From Fonticula alba ATCC 38817 (Eukaryota > Protista > Nucleariida), in the NCBI GenBank assembly GCA_000388065.2, contig KB932203.1: a stretch of 6,972 nt of DNA; one strand, written 5' to 3'. Below are positions 6,305-6,972 of this stretch, in pieces. The notes beneath the pieces were generated by a model, which was not told the DNA's origin, did not search any database, and saw only the letters and a list, made by a program, of their open reading frames with translations. Made by a program: the position numbers and the translations under genes. Position 1 is the first letter of the stretch. Each line of letters opens with the position of its first letter.

Positions 6305-6972
6305 CATCCTGACGAGGATGCCTTCCCATGGCTGCCGACGCATTTCGCCCCCCTGGCGGGTGTCGTCTGTCCGGGCGGGCGCTTGGCCGCGAGAAAGGCC
6401 TTCAATCTCTCGAGTATGCCGGACCCGAGGTGGAATTGGGCGACCCCGAGGCGGTGGATGTGCATCCATGAGGGGCTGTTGGTGTCGTTCTTGTTTTTGC
6501 CAAGTGGACGGTCGCCCGACCTCCCGCCCCTTTCGGAGACGATCTACTCCCCGACACTCGAGTTTGTCAGGTCCCTGGTGGACAAGCAGCTCGAGGTGCG
6601 CTTTGGCCCGGGACGTGTGCTGCTCGGATCGGCTCTCCGCGGAATGCCCCGGCTGGTGGTTGAGGGAACGCTGGCTTTCGACTTTTGCCTGCGATCTCGA
6701 CAACTGAAGTCCGGCCACTTCCCCTCGGTCGGCAGGCTGGCAAGTCCAAGCGACTCGGGGCCTTCGGACGATCTTCCGGAGCACCCCCGGTCGGGGGGCC
6801 CGGAGGCCGGGTCGCCGCCGGGGAACCACTCGGCCGAGACCACCGAGCAGGAGATCTTCTTCCTTGCGAATGCCTCCCTGAAGGGGGTCCATCTGGAGTT
6901 GGTAGATGGCCACATGAAGGTGGCACCCCCAGTGAGCCTGATTCACTGGCGGGTCCTGCGGTCGTGGGACAT
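6305..6972 (+). CDS. Second copy of exon 965-1732, truncated by the window end
   Basis: Same sequence at +5340. Confidence 0.8.

Larger units (their letters stand above)
5341..6972 (+). repeat. Direct repeat copy 2, running to the window end
   Basis: Same sequence as 1-1632; indicates a circular 5340-bp unit, a tandem array or an assembly overlap. Confidence 0.97.

Overview
This window is eukaryotic-type DNA, GC-rich (about 60% by eye), and not a prokaryotic operon. Bases 1-1632 recur at 5341-6972 with no differences seen, so it is a 5340-bp unit that is circular or tandemly repeated. A 10-N scaffold gap lies at 3025-3034. The short overlapping ORFs in the track resolve into one long + strand gene split by GT-AG introns with matching phases. 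Donors are GTACGT, GTGCGT, GTATGT and GTAAGC, with CTGAC/CTTAC branch points and YAG acceptors. The well-supported exon chain is 4182-4374, 4504-4740 (or -4830), 4901-5161, 5492-5770 (=152-430), 596-874, 965-1732, 1866-1960, 2127-2293 and 2444-2909, about 915 codons, crossing the repeat junction. Tentative first exons (3367-3392, 3533-3678, 3864-4014) and a last exon (3231-3306) would give about 1050 aa and fill nearly the whole unit. I do not recognise the protein; it looks beta-strand-rich and possibly propeller-like. Every G or C run of 12 nt or more, and every TG/CA microsatellite, lies in a predicted intron. I found no Rep, capsid, transposase, rRNA, tRNA or CRISPR. All splice models were made by hand and need RNA confirmation.
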